Positions 1 to 9,953 of a stretch of 18,457 nt of DNA are shown here, piece after piece; within the stretch, counting starts at the first letter, position 1, and the number at the start of each line of letters is the position of its first letter. This DNA comes from Ginkgo biloba. Lineage: Eukaryota > Plantae > Ginkgophyta. The position numbers were made by a program, and so were the translations under genes. The stretch lies in NCBI GenBank assembly GCA_024626585.2, contig JANKJI020000004.1, positions 48,684,976 through 48,703,432 of the forward strand, given 5' to 3'. The notes beneath the pieces are model-generated. The model ran no database searches and was not told the origin of the DNA. It saw nothing but the letters and a program-made list of their open reading frames with translations.

Positions 1-639
1 GTTTTCAGCCTCGAAGAATGTGCCAATTTCTTGCATGTTTGAGCAATGATTCATGAAGTTATTGTAGCATATTATTGACTGTTTCCAGATGTTATTGGTG
101 GTTGTTCGGTACTTAGAACAACATGTTTTATGAATAATAACATGGCTATACTTTTGCTATTTCATGTTGCAACTTTAGCCTCTCTATTGTGATGTTTCTC
201 TGACTTTTTAGGCTGAAAATTAGATTGGAAAGAGAGCTCTTTTGTGGAATGTTTCCAGCAGTTAAGAATGTTTTTATGGTCATGAACCTTGTGTTAATTC
301 CATGGAAAACTATGTGTTAAGTTGTGCTTACTTTTATGGTTATGAAATATGCTTAAAAGAGAAAAAATCAAATTTAAAGTTTCCGCTACAATTATGATTT
401 TTCAAACGATAGTTCTCATGTTTTAGTCAGTAGTAGGAATTCTTAACATCGTTTCAAAAGCATGTCAAGGAGAATTTGAACACTCAGACTAATTGTCCAC
501 TGGAACCTATACTCATTTATCCTTCATGCTTTTTTTTATGTAGTAGGTTCCCCTAGTTGACTAGCCAAAGATGTAGCTAGCATCTCTTCTATAACTAGCA
601 CCTTCCCCTTCTTTTTTTGTTTTTCCTCATCTACAAATT

Positions 640-1144
640 CATTTTACTATTATGGTGAAGTTCAATTCTTGGAATAGTAATAACCACAGACTGATGCACC
701 CCTAAAGAATAGATTTGTTAATGAGATAGAGTAACACTTGGTGATCTACAAAGAATGCAAAGGGCATAGCCAATATGTGATGACATAATTTTTGGAGGGA
801 ATACAACATTCCTCGCCCTTTATAGTCTATAACTATGTAATTCTATTCTATAGAATTTAACTTGTGGCTAGTGAAATATATTGGATGATAAACATTTGCA
901 TTAGCAAGATGNNNNNNNNNNNNNNNNNNGAAGATCTTTGCTCCAATCTAAAAAGCATAGCATAGGCGCATTAGCTACCTTTTCTTTTAGAGAATCATAA
1001 ACAAGTTGATGTTCTTATGTCCATCTAAACGTGGAATCCTTCTTTAAGAGTCGTACTAATGGTGCTAAAATATGTGCATACTTATGAATGAAACGACAAT
1101 AATATCTTGTTAAGTTCGGGGATCCCTTGAGTTGTTTGGTCATA
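640..1144 (-). mobile_element. Decayed Ty3/gypsy pol fragment: RT thumb/connection + RNase H (non-chromovirus-type)
   Basis: Manual translation gives TKQLKGSPNLTRYYCRFIHKYAHILAPLVRLLKKDSTFRWT*EHQLVYDSLKEKVANAPMLCFLDWSKDL, then an 18-N gap, then HPIYFTSHKLNSIE*NYIVIDYKGRGMLYSLQKLCHHILAMPFAFFVDHQVLLYLINKSIL*GCISLWLLLFQELNFTIIVK. This corresponds to the gypsy RNase H motifs HPIxFASRKL..AExNY..E..MVY.LQKFRHYLL...TDH.AL.YL..GRI.RWLLLFQEFDF. It carries in-frame stops. Confidence 0.85.
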
Positions 1145-1827
1145 NNNNNNNNNNNNNNNNNNNNNNNNNNNNNNNNNNNNNNNNNNNNNNNNNNNNNNNN
1201 NNNNNNNNNNNNNNNNNNNNNNNNNNNNNNNNNNNNNNNNNNNNNNNNNNNNNNNNNNNNNNNNNNNNNNNNNNNNNNNNNNNNNNNNNNNNNNNNNNNN
1301 NNNNNNNNNNNNNNNNNNNNNNNNNNNNNNNNNNNNNNNNNNNNNNNNNNNNNNNNNNNNNNNNNNNNNNNNNNNNNNNNNNNNNNNNNNNNNNNNNNNN
1401 NNNNNNNNNNNNNNNNNNNNNNNNNNNNNNNNNNNNNNNNNNNNNNNNNNNNNNNNNNNNNNNNNNNNNNNNNNNNNNNNNNNNNNNNNNNNNNNNNNNN
1501 NNNNNNNNNNNNNNNNNNNNNNNNNNNNNNNNNNNNNNNNNNNNNNNNNNNNNNNNNNNNNNNNNNNNNNNNNNNNNNNNNNNNNNNNNNNNNNNNNNNN
1601 NNNNNNNNNNNNNNNNNNNNNNNNNNNNNNNNNNNNNNNNNNNNNNNNNNNNNNNNNNNNNNNNNNNNNNNNNNNNNNNNNNNNNNNNNNNNNNNNNNNN
1701 NNNNNNNNNNNNNNNNNNNNNNNNNNNNNNNNNNNNNNNNNNNNNNNNNNNNNNNNNNNNNNNNNNNNNNNNNNNNNNNNNNNNNNNNNNNNNNNNNNNN
1801 NNNNNNNNNNNNNNNNNNNNNNNNNNN

Positions 1828-2720
1828 CAAACCTTCATTACAAATTTGCAGAACCAAGGAAGCTTCTCACTTCATCGACACTTACAAGTGCTCTCCAATC
1901 CCGAACAACTTAAATCTTCTTGGGTCTATTTAAATACATATGGTTGAAACACTACAAAGATATTTCATTTCCTCCTAGAAGAAGTAGCATTTTTAGAATT
2001 AAGAACATAATTGCTCTTTTCTAAGGACATATAACACCATTCTTAAGTGTCTTTGATGTTCCTCCTTACCGTTGCTAAAGATCATAATTTGGTCTAAGAC
2101 ACGACCACAAACTTTCAAATATATACTTTGAGAACATTGTTCATATGTCTCATAAATGAGGCTAGGGAATTTATTTGCCCAAAAGGCATCACCAAACACT
2201 CATAATCACTATTCATTGTGGTCAAAGTTGTGTTCTCCACATCATCCTTATGAATGTGAATTAAACAATAACCACTACTTAATTTTCAAATAAATATTAT
2301 GGTACCTTCCATGTTATCCAAAAGGTCATTAATCCTTGCAAGCATATACTTATCTCTAATTATGACTTGATAGTTCACACTCATGCACGTAGAACCACCC
2401 TTCTTCACCAACAGTATTGGAGATTCATATAGGGATTTGATGGACTAAATGAACCCTTGTTCCACGAGCTCTTGAATTTATTTTTCTACTTTTTTGCATG
2501 GGTTAACTGATAATATCAAAACCGATAAGTGAGCCTTACTCCTTCCTCGAGTTTGATACGATGCTCTGCCTCTTTACAAAATCAACAAACCCTTGGGTAG
2601 ATTATCTAGAAACACATCTTCATATTCTTTCAAGAGTGGGTTCATTTCTTCCTTGACATCTTTTTCATCCTTTTCTTCATTAAAAGATTCTTCGACAAAT
2701 AGACCATAGCATTGATTATT
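1828..2720 (-). mobile_element. Decayed Ty3/gypsy reverse transcriptase (chromovirus-like)
   Basis: Frameshifted translation gives LLKEYEDVFLDNLPKGL..EAEHRIKLEEG..IQELVEQGFI*SIKSPYESPILLVKKGGSTCMSVNY..DKYMLARINDLLDNMEG..SGY..IHKDDVENTT..YECLVMPFGQINSLASFMRHMNNVL..KFVV..LDQIMIFSNGKEEHQRHLRMVLYVLRKEQL..EEMKYL..IDP..DWRALVSVDEVRSFLGSAN. The canonical gypsy RT motifs appear in order, and the catalytic YxDD is degraded. Confidence 0.9.
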
Positions 2721-2774
2721 GATATTTCTTGATTATCCATAAGGCACCTTGTTGCCATACGACTAGAGATAATA

Positions 2775-3000
2775 ATGTAGTGTTGTGATTGAGTAACAAC
2801 TAGTGCTATTGCAACTGAAGATCATTTCTACTACTACAATCATAGAAGAAATATGCTACTATGACTGAAGAACAATGGTACGGATTGCGACCAAATACTA
2901 ATATCGTTGCTACAACCATAAAGTGCTCGTCTTGTTATGACCAAAGAATAAAATGGGCACAATGTTACTACAATCAAAGAGTAATCTAACACAGTTGAGA
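2775..3000. repeat. Old degenerate minisatellite, ~25-bp period, ~7-8 units
   Basis: Units include TGCTATTGCAACTGAAGATCA, TACTACTACAATCATAGAAGA, TGCTACTATGACTGAAGAACA, CGTTGCTACAACCATAAAGTG, TCTTGTTATGACCAAAGAATA and TGTTACTACAATCAAAGAGTA. Most differences are C>T or G>A. Confidence 0.55.
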
Positions 3001-3252
3001 TTATTGTGAGGCTATGATTGATATGTCAATTTCCTAGCATAAAAGAGGTGGCCACACAAGTTACTTCCCAACAAGTTGATCATGTTGAAAAAATTTGGAA
3101 ATGGAGAAGATGAGCTACACTTCACATAAAAAGAATTTTCTCACATAAGAAGNNNNNNNNNNNNNNNNNNNNNNNNNNNNNNNNNNNNNNNNNNNNNNNN
3201 NNNNNNNNNNNNNNNNNNNNNNNNNNNNNNNNNNNNNNNNNNNNNNNNNNNN

Positions 3253-3602
3253 GTGGCCAGACAGTACAATTTTAGTATGGCTAAGAGATACAAAATGGTA
3301 AATTAGAAGTCCTATCTACACATCCCATTTGATATAGGAGAGGTATATTTATAGAATTAGATAGCCTTAGAAAGGGTTGCAAGAGAAATTAAGACCATAA
3401 ACTTTGGACCCAGGGGACCCATGAGACATTAGGACCCCAATGATAGAATGAAGGAGCATCTGGCATCCCTCTAAGACAAAGTCAACCTGGTCTACCAGCA
3501 TCCATAGTTAGAGGAAGAGGATAAATTTTACCTGTACTTAGATAGATGGGAGGAGGTCATGTAGAGAATTTATTATGTCTAAGAGGACTCCCAATTAGGA
3601 CA
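3253..3602 (-). mobile_element. Probable LTR fragment
   Basis: The minus strand starts TGTCCTAATTGGG at 3602, right after the protease-like motif. The segment is non-coding and contains CTATAAATATACC (TATA-like, ~3343-3355). The other end is lost in a gap. Confidence 0.35.
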
Positions 3603-4460
3603 ATTGAGGTCTAGTTACCTATTACCCCTATTGCCACCATGATCAACACTCTCACTCCCCTTCTTTCTATATTAATTTCAAGTTTATATATTATAGGCCC
3701 ATATTTGGGGGGGCTAGGTGTTATTATTATACCAAATGCTATTTCCCCTCCTACTACATTGACCTCTAGTTTAGATAGTGTGAGTCCACCCTCGTTAGGT
3801 CCCAACACTACTATTTCCCTAAGTGTTACCACTCTGCTTGTCACAACTTCTCTTATAACCATCCTAATTTCCTCCACCATTACAATTATAGTCTCCTCCA
3901 CATCTCTTCCCTCTCCCTCCTCCCTCCTCCCTTTCTTTGTTTTTGAAATAGAGGCTTTTGCAAGAACGCATTTTGAAACAATGGTTTCTTGAAAAACTTT
4001 AAACATAAATTCTTAAACTTGCATAAGTCTTTTAGTTGTTGAAAGACTTTCTTGAATTCTTGACCTCTAGATTTCACAACTTCAAACTATACAACGTTAT
4101 TAACCACATCTCCCATGGTAGTGACAGTCCATGCCTGATATGTGGTTTCAATTTGTGTACAAAGTGGTGTATCCTATATCTCATGGGAAGATCATAAAGA
4201 TGTGCAAAAAGCCCATCCAACCTACTAATCGACTCTTGGCCCAAATCAATTTGCTTGATAACTTGACCATAAGATTCTTGCATAGCGTTTTCTGGTGCCT
4301 ACTTTTTGAACAATCTTACTTTCATATCCTTCTAGGTTTCAGTTCATTAAATTACCTAGTGAACACCTCAAGTAGAGAAATGTCCTTACATACCCCGAGT
4401 TGGAATCTTCAACAAGTGAACTACAACTATAGCCTTTTTGAAATCAGTTACTAATAGATG
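3603..4460 (-). mobile_element. Decayed Ty3/gypsy gag plus possible start of aspartic protease
   Basis: Translation gives KKAIVVVHLLKIPTR..T*KDMKVRLFKK*APENAMQESY..KQIDLGQESISRLDGLFAHLYDLPMRYRIHHFVHKLKPHIRH..TTMGDVVNNVV*FE, which resembles retrotransposon gag (TWxDMK..; KQxxSVxEYIxRF; F.HGLKPHIR). Near 3611-3690, IYKLEINIERRGVRVLIMVAIGVIGN can be derived from a ..DTGATGN protease motif largely by C>T changes (inference). Confidence 0.6.
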
Positions 4461-5214
4461 GCAAAACTATTAACACAAAAATCGAGTAATCCAAGTTGTA
4501 TACATNNNNNNNNNNNNNNNNNNNNNNNNNNNNNNNNNNNNNNNNNNNNNNNNNNNNNNNNNNNNNNNNNNNNNNNNNNNNNNNNNNNNNNNNNNNNNNN
4601 NNNNNNNNNNNNNNNNNNNNNNNNNNNNNNNNNAAATAAAGGACTCCTTATATATGCCGAGGTATGTTTTTCTAATCAATTAGATTTTCTTACATCTAGT
4701 GATGACTGCTAAAATATCCACGCTTAGTCCTGTGTGTGTGCAAGTCCTCCTTATGCAAGTCTGAAGTTAGTGCATGTCCTATATTTGTGCAACACCTATA
4801 CTCATATAACTCCTTTAAATCACATAATAATCATCATCTCACCNNNNNNNNNNNNNNNNNNNNNNNNNNNNNNNNNNNNNNNNNNNNNNNNNNNNNNNNN
4901 NNNNNNNNNNNNNNNNNNNNNNNNNNNNNNNNNNNTAAGTGCCATGCAATCTTCTGATGCCAGAACTGAGACAAGAACAAACAACAGAAAAAGGGTCAAT
5001 ATGGAGTTGTTACTCATATAGGCCTCAATGTGGGATGTTGAAGTTGATGTCGTAACTGATGCTGAGGTAGATATTGCCACTAATGGTACAAGGTTAATAG
5101 GTGGGGCACTATCCAATTAAATTAGACTAGAGCTCAACACACTAAAAATAGTAATGGATTAAAAATTTGATGGATGAATAATAGGTAGAGGGCTATTGGA
5201 TGTAGGATCTAACA

Positions 5215-5550
5215 GGTTAGGGATAGGAACAAATATGTCCCAAATGGTCGCACTTATAGGGGTTGTGTGTGAGACTCACAAACTCAATGGTTGGAACAAG
5301 GGAGTATATGAGACTTGAAACAGGAGGGTCAAAGGCACACTTGCAACTGGAATGGATAACAGAGATAAGGACAAGCGCCATGATATTGAGGGTCAAGTGA
5401 TAAGCATTGGTTGCAAACATGTGCCTAGGCAAGACGTTCACTCATTTTAAGGAGTGGCTATGGAATGGAAACTTTAGCACAATATTGGAGTAAGGGAAAG
5501 GTACTAGGAGACTCCTAGTGGGAGAGGAGTTTGGACTAGGGTCAAAACCC
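5215..5550 (-). mobile_element. Possible L1-type LINE ORF1 remnant
   Basis: Across frames, GFDPSPNSSPTRSL..FP..LLQYC..PLLKMSE..AHVC..IEFVSLTHNPYKCDHLGHIC loosely follows the plant LINE ORF1 order FDP..WVRFPxLPLxYW..PLxxDE..ARVC..EYExLPxFCxxCxxLGH. It is heavily degraded. Confidence 0.3.
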
Positions 5551-6530
5551 TTCTCTTTCAACCGCTTCTTGAGATCCCTGCTCTATTTACAGACTATCAC
5601 TACAAATTGTAGAATGTGTGCTTCTTGCACTCACTCCAACTACAGTTTTTCCTCCCATTGTCATTTGTCAAATGTCAACTAATCTTGTACTATGACTAAT
5701 TTTGCTTCTGTTAATGAACATTGTTGTTGCAACTAAATCTTGACCTGTTGTACCTCCACTTCCACCTTATCAAACTACTTTTCAAAATCTTAAAGTGGCA
5801 AAAATTAATTCAGTCTCAATCCATCATATATGCTCCTTGTATCTCTACATTAGAGACTCAAATCTTAATACCTCCACTTCCACTCCCACTCTATTAACGC
5901 CCTTTTTCTTTCCATGCCTCCCACTACTTCTTAAATGCTATAGAATCTTGTTCGCTAGTCTAGATCCATCGTATTTCCTTTTGCTAGAACTTAGTCTTTG
6001 TCCTCCACCAATCACTTATCCCTATGAAACCCTAGGTTTTACTAATTCTTTCATCAAAACTTAGTGCAANNNNNNNNNNNNNNNNNNNNNNNNNNNNNNA
6101 ACTAAGGTGACTGGATTTCTTCCACTCCCTACTTATCTCTAACAATGCCTCCCATCCCTTCTTACTATGGACATGAAGGAAATGGAGAGCTCCCCAAAGA
6201 AGGCATCCATCTCTCAACGGTCCTCAAAAATACCTCTCAAAGAATGTATGACCTTGCAATTCTATAGGTGGTAAACTAATGAATCCAAAAAGATCAGTCA
6301 AATCATCCATAGTGATTAGATGCCGATCAGTAGGAATGGCAACCTCTAACGCTACCTCTAGAAATGACATACACTAATCACCTAGGCTATGCGAGTGCTT
6401 TTCTACAAAATGCTCTAAGCCAATTTATAGAACAAAGCCAGCCTCATCAGATGCGTCATCTCCCAATTCTTCTTCCTACTCACCTGCATCATCATAAATG
6501 ACTAGTTGCAACCTTTTATGTTGTGTTGTT
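5550..6530 (-). pseudogene. Decayed ORF of unknown family (acidic region then coiled-coil-like region), probably a retrotransposon accessory ORF
   Basis: Protein-like reading interrupted by TAG/TAA stops: HKRLQLVIYDDAGE*EEELGDDASDEAGFVL*IGLEHFVEKH..ITMDDLTDLFGFISLPP; EIRWI*TSEQDSIAFKK*WEAWKEKG..EVEVLRFESLM*RYKEHI*WIETEL; DFEK*FDKVEVEVQQVKI*LQQQCSLTEAKL..QWEEKL*LE..RDLKKRLKEKG. Confidence 0.4.
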
Positions 6531-6634
6531 GAGGNNNNNNNNNNNNNNNNNNNNNNNNNNNNNNNNNNNNNNNNNNNNNNNNNNNNNNNNNNNNNNNNNN
6601 NNNNNNNNNNNNNNNNNNNNNNNNNNNNNNNNNN

Positions 6635-6913
6635 CCTTAAAAAGAGAACGACTTAAATATAACGTCATAAAAAAAAGATAGATCATTCGTAGGGTTTATC
6701 TAAGCACCCATAAACCCTATTTATACAATGAGGAGATCCATTTATCCCCCATATAGAGCCAAGTTCACTCCCAAGGCTGCCTCAAACCCTATGAAACCTT
6801 CTATGATTAATTGTCCTCTCAAATTATTCTTTGAAAGTGCGTTCCCTAGGTTGAGATAACCGCTTAACCTTTTCTTTTCCATTTTTCTCTCTTAATTAAT
6901 TACCCCATCATCA
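6635..6913 (-). mobile_element. Probable LTR 5' portion
   Basis: The minus strand starts TGATGATGGGGTAATTAATT at 6913 and contains the TATA-like TGTATAAATAGGG (~6715-6727). It is non-coding and truncated by a 100-N gap. Confidence 0.4.
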
Positions 6914-6933
6914 AGTTGAGCCAACATTTGCAA

Positions 6934-6990
6934 TAGGCTTAGGCTTAGGCTTAGTCTTAGCATCATCATTAGGCTTAGGCTTAGTCTTAG
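6934..6990 (+). repeat. Short (TTAGGC)n-type repeat with an exact 22-bp duplication
   Basis: TTAGGCTTAGGCTTAGTCTTAG occurs at 6939-6960 and again at 6969-6990, separated by CATCATCA. Confidence 0.9.
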
Positions 6991-7444
6991 TTATGTCCTT
7001 TAAGGCCAACGAAGCAGAACTCTGGACTAACAGAAAAGATTACAATAACATTTGCAGATAAATATAAGCCCAAAAATCCTCTTGTACATAGGATCTTCAC
7101 CCAAAAATCATAAAAGGCAAATTGCTAATTAAAAATATGGACACCATAAGCTGTAACTGATGATCAAGGAGCAGCCTCTGATGAGATAATGATCAGTTGC
7201 AGAAAACAAACTGCAACCTCCAGAAGGCCAAAACAAAAAGGGTTATTTTCATCAAGGAAAATTACGATGGCGTTGGATTAGTGCTGATGACAAAACCAAT
7301 ATACAAGCAAAAGAATAATCATGTCAAGCTTGATATGTCAGTTACTACTATACATATATAATAATCAATTGTGTTTACAAGTTTAGATTCAGATTCCCGG
7401 CTGTCACAGTTCAGGTGTTCCACAACTGACAAAAGTATGCTTAC

Positions 7445-7682
7445 CAGCTTTTTTATAGTCTCCCATTCTGATGAAGCATGTTGCAGCTGATTCTGGCTTT
7501 TCGATAGAAAGGAAAATATCAGCTGCCTCTGTCAATGAACGAAATGCGTCTTGTAAATCTTGCCCAAGATGTCTTTCACCAACTTGCTGTAGACATGCAG
7601 CCTTTGCCCATTTAACCCTATATAAATCTCCAGCGCGCTCAAAGCAAATAATTGCATTATCATAGTTCTGCTCATTGAACAT
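7445..7682 (-). CDS. TRANK1-like: Internal coding exon (238 nt, phase 0 to phase 1) of a plant TRANK1-like / UvrD-like helicase-TPR protein gene
   Basis: On the minus strand the acceptor is ...CTTTGACACGTGCAG|ATG (exon starts at 7682) and the donor is GCT G|GTAAGC (exon ends at 7445). The 79 codons + 1 nt have no stops: MFNEQNYDNAIICFERAGDLYRVKWAKAACLQQVGERHLGQDLQDAFRSLTEAADIFLSIEKPESAATCFIRMGDYKKA-G. This matches from memory the plant TRANK1-like pattern LFxExNYEMAxMCFERAGD..W...AKAAGL..A.....EAAEIFxSIGKxExAAxCFxxLxEYERAG. The flank at 7000-7444 is T-rich on the minus strand, like a plant intron. Confidence 0.85.
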
Positions 7683-7700
7683 CTGCACGTGTCAAAGAAT

Positions 7701-8505
7701 NNNNNNNNNNNNNNNNNNNNNNNNNNNNNNNNNNNNNNNNNNNNNNNNNNNNNNNNNNNNNNNNNNNNNNNNNNNNNNNNNNNNNNNNNNNNNNNNNNNN
7801 NNNNNNNNNNNNNNNNNNNNNNNNNNNNNNNNNNNNNNNNNNNNNNNNNNNNNNNNNNNNNNNNNNNNNNNNNNNNNNNNNNNNNNNNNNNNNNNNNNNN
7901 NNNNNNNNNNNNNNNNNNNNNNNNNNNNNNNNNNNNNNNNNNNNNNNNNNNNNNNNNNNNNNNNNNNNNNNNNNNNNNNNNNNNNNNNNNNNNNNNNNNN
8001 NNNNNNNNNNNNNNNNNNNNNNNNNNNNNNNNNNNNNNNNNNNNNNNNNNNNNNNNNNNNNNNNNNNNNNNNNNNNNNNNNNNNNNNNNNNNNNNNNNNN
8101 NNNNNNNNNNNNNNNNNNNNNNNNNNNNNNNNNNNNNNNNNNNNNNNNNNNNNNNNNNNNNNNNNNNNNNNNNNNNNNNNNNNNNNNNNNNNNNNNNNNN
8201 NNNNNNNNNNNNNNNNNNNNNNNNNNNNNNNNNNNNNNNNNNNNNNNNNNNNNNNNNNNNNNNNNNNNNNNNNNNNNNNNNNNNNNNNNNNNNNNNNNNN
8301 NNNNNNNNNNNNNNNNNNNNNNNNNNNNNNNNNNNNNNNNNNNNNNNNNNNNNNNNNNNNNNNNNNNNNNNNNNNNNNNNNNNNNNNNNNNNNNNNNNNN
8401 NNNNNNNNNNNNNNNNNNNNNNNNNNNNNNNNNNNNNNNNNNNNNNNNNNNNNNNNNNNNNNNNNNNNNNNNNNNNNNNNNNNNNNNNNNNNNNNNNNNN
8501 NNNNN
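7701..8505. other. Largest of 13 assembly gaps (805 N); others at 912-929, 1145-1827, 3153-3252, 4506-4633, 4844-4935, 6070-6099, 6535-6634, 9390-9425, 10566-10665, 11977-12049, 14544-14643, 15690-16363
   Basis: N runs were counted directly. Four are exactly 100 N, the usual placeholder for unknown gap size, so joins across gaps are uncertain. Confidence 0.95.
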
Positions 8506-8922
8506 CTTGCAAACATTCCACTTGAGTCTTTCAAACTTCCCTATGAGGATCAAATCCATATGAACTAGTTCAAGGATGATTTCAATGATGAATATCTTAA
8601 CAAATCCCGTCCAAGATATCCTAAGAATCTCATTGGTGATAAACCTGTAGGTACTCAATTTGCATCTGCTTTTCAAAATACAATGCTCGGGCCTCAAACC
8701 TTGTCATAACCCTGCAAGGAATGCTCATAAATCTTTTCTGGCAACATTAAAGCAAACCCATGCAAGCAATACTCAATCAATGATAGTTTTCAAATAGGCA
8801 TGCATTTAACCATGTTAGAAACAGTCCCTAAGATACGCCTATCAGAATTTTGGACTAACTCATATCTTCCTTCATCAATATCTCATAATATTTGAAATAT
8901 ATCCAAGAAGGCTGCTTGATGA

Positions 8923-9550
8923 TGTAACAGCCCACTCTTATAGCTACGACATAAAGAATACTTCAAACATGTAACATATACTCAAATATTTATTCGTATT
9001 CATTTATGATGTATACAAATAAAGCACGTAGATATCATATCATAAGAATAGTTCTTACAGGATGGGAACATGGGGACTAAGCATCTATTGTAGGTTTGGG
9101 GGACAACCTAAATGACTTATTGTATCTATAGGAAAACCTATAGTGGCATCCCCACGTACACAAGTCAACACCTTGCAGCTATTATTGCTCCACTAAACTC
9201 CAACCCTTCACATGACATCAATAAGAGTGCCAAGCCATAGGTATGGTTTAAGCCCTTTTTGGTAGTAGAAATACCTGTAGTAGAGTTCCACCCTTAACTA
9301 ACAATATTTACTTACATTAATCTTTATAACTTCCCATATGTATCTTTTTCACCCATCCACGGGTATCCTTTCAACATGACAATCACGCANNNNNNNNNNN
9401 NNNNNNNNNNNNNNNNNNNNNNNNNTAATAGAATAAAGGTGTATCCTCTCAACCCTAACAGACTATTTCAAATCTTTCATCATGGGAGCTAGCAGACTAT
9501 GTGGTATCCTTTCAACCCTATAGCCCTCATCCCTAAATATATTGCAACCC
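8923..9550 (+). mobile_element. LTR-like repeat family A, copy 1 (right boundary uncertain)
   Basis: Begins TGTAACAGCCC, a typical gypsy LTR terminus. Positions 9085-9530 align by eye with 17788-18280: ATTGTAGGTTTGGGGGACAACCTAAATGACTTATT vs ATTGTAGGCCTTGGGTACAACCCTAGGACTTATT, and GTCAACACCTTGCAGCTAT vs GTCAACACCTAGCAACTAT. Both copies share GGTATCCTTTCAAC motifs. Confidence 0.6.
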
Positions 9551-9953
9551 GCTGCCAATTTTAGGCCCATGAATGCATGCAAAATAAAGAGCCAATCAAG
9601 AAATATGATCCCCCAATACATATCAGTTGTACATACATGCCACCTCTAGAGCCAAGACCTAAGGTTTCATCATTAATAGGGTCAATATTGGTTTGCATGA
9701 CAAAGAAAGGGTTTTACATATTAATAATTACATCCATGCAACACAAATAGAATTTATAATCGTCATATCAACCATAAAACGTCTTTGAAAAGAGATGCCC
9801 TTGATGTGACTTTTTCTATTAAATATTGTAAAAGAGTGTTCATGTATATTTGATGTGATATAATTGGGGGTCATGAAATAAATTATAGCAATTGTCTCCT
9901 TTTGGGTTGGAATTTAGTTGAACAAGTGTTGTGGTATATTATTGTTCTTTTAT

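Noticed and set aside
1-430. Possible 3' tail of a hAT-like transposon pairing with the end at 18287
   Set aside because: There are only scattered GTTTCC motifs, with no convincing TIR match or TSD.
555-581. Solitary copy of the 10-7-10 palindrome (TGTAGCTAGC at 572-581)
   Set aside because: Only one arm matches and the partner arm is poor, so it is compatible with chance.
3639-3992. 117-aa Ser/Thr/Ile-rich plus-strand ORF resembling a membrane or mucin-like protein
   Set aside because: It is the antisense shadow of the purine-rich decayed gag-protease region on the minus strand.
6934-6990. Interstitial telomere
   Set aside because: There are only a few TTAGGC units, the nematode-type rather than plant TTTAGGG repeat, so it is too short to support the call.
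7404-7688. Treating the 94-aa ORF as a complete single-exon gene
   Set aside because: The start codon lies in the splice acceptor, and family similarity stops exactly at the GTAAGC donor (7444). The tail KHTFVSCGTPEL is intron read-through.
8506-8920. Possible additional host exon or ORF next to the 805-N gap
   Set aside because: No frame resembles the expected TRANK1-like upstream exon, and the plus-strand frame has stops and no recognisable motif.
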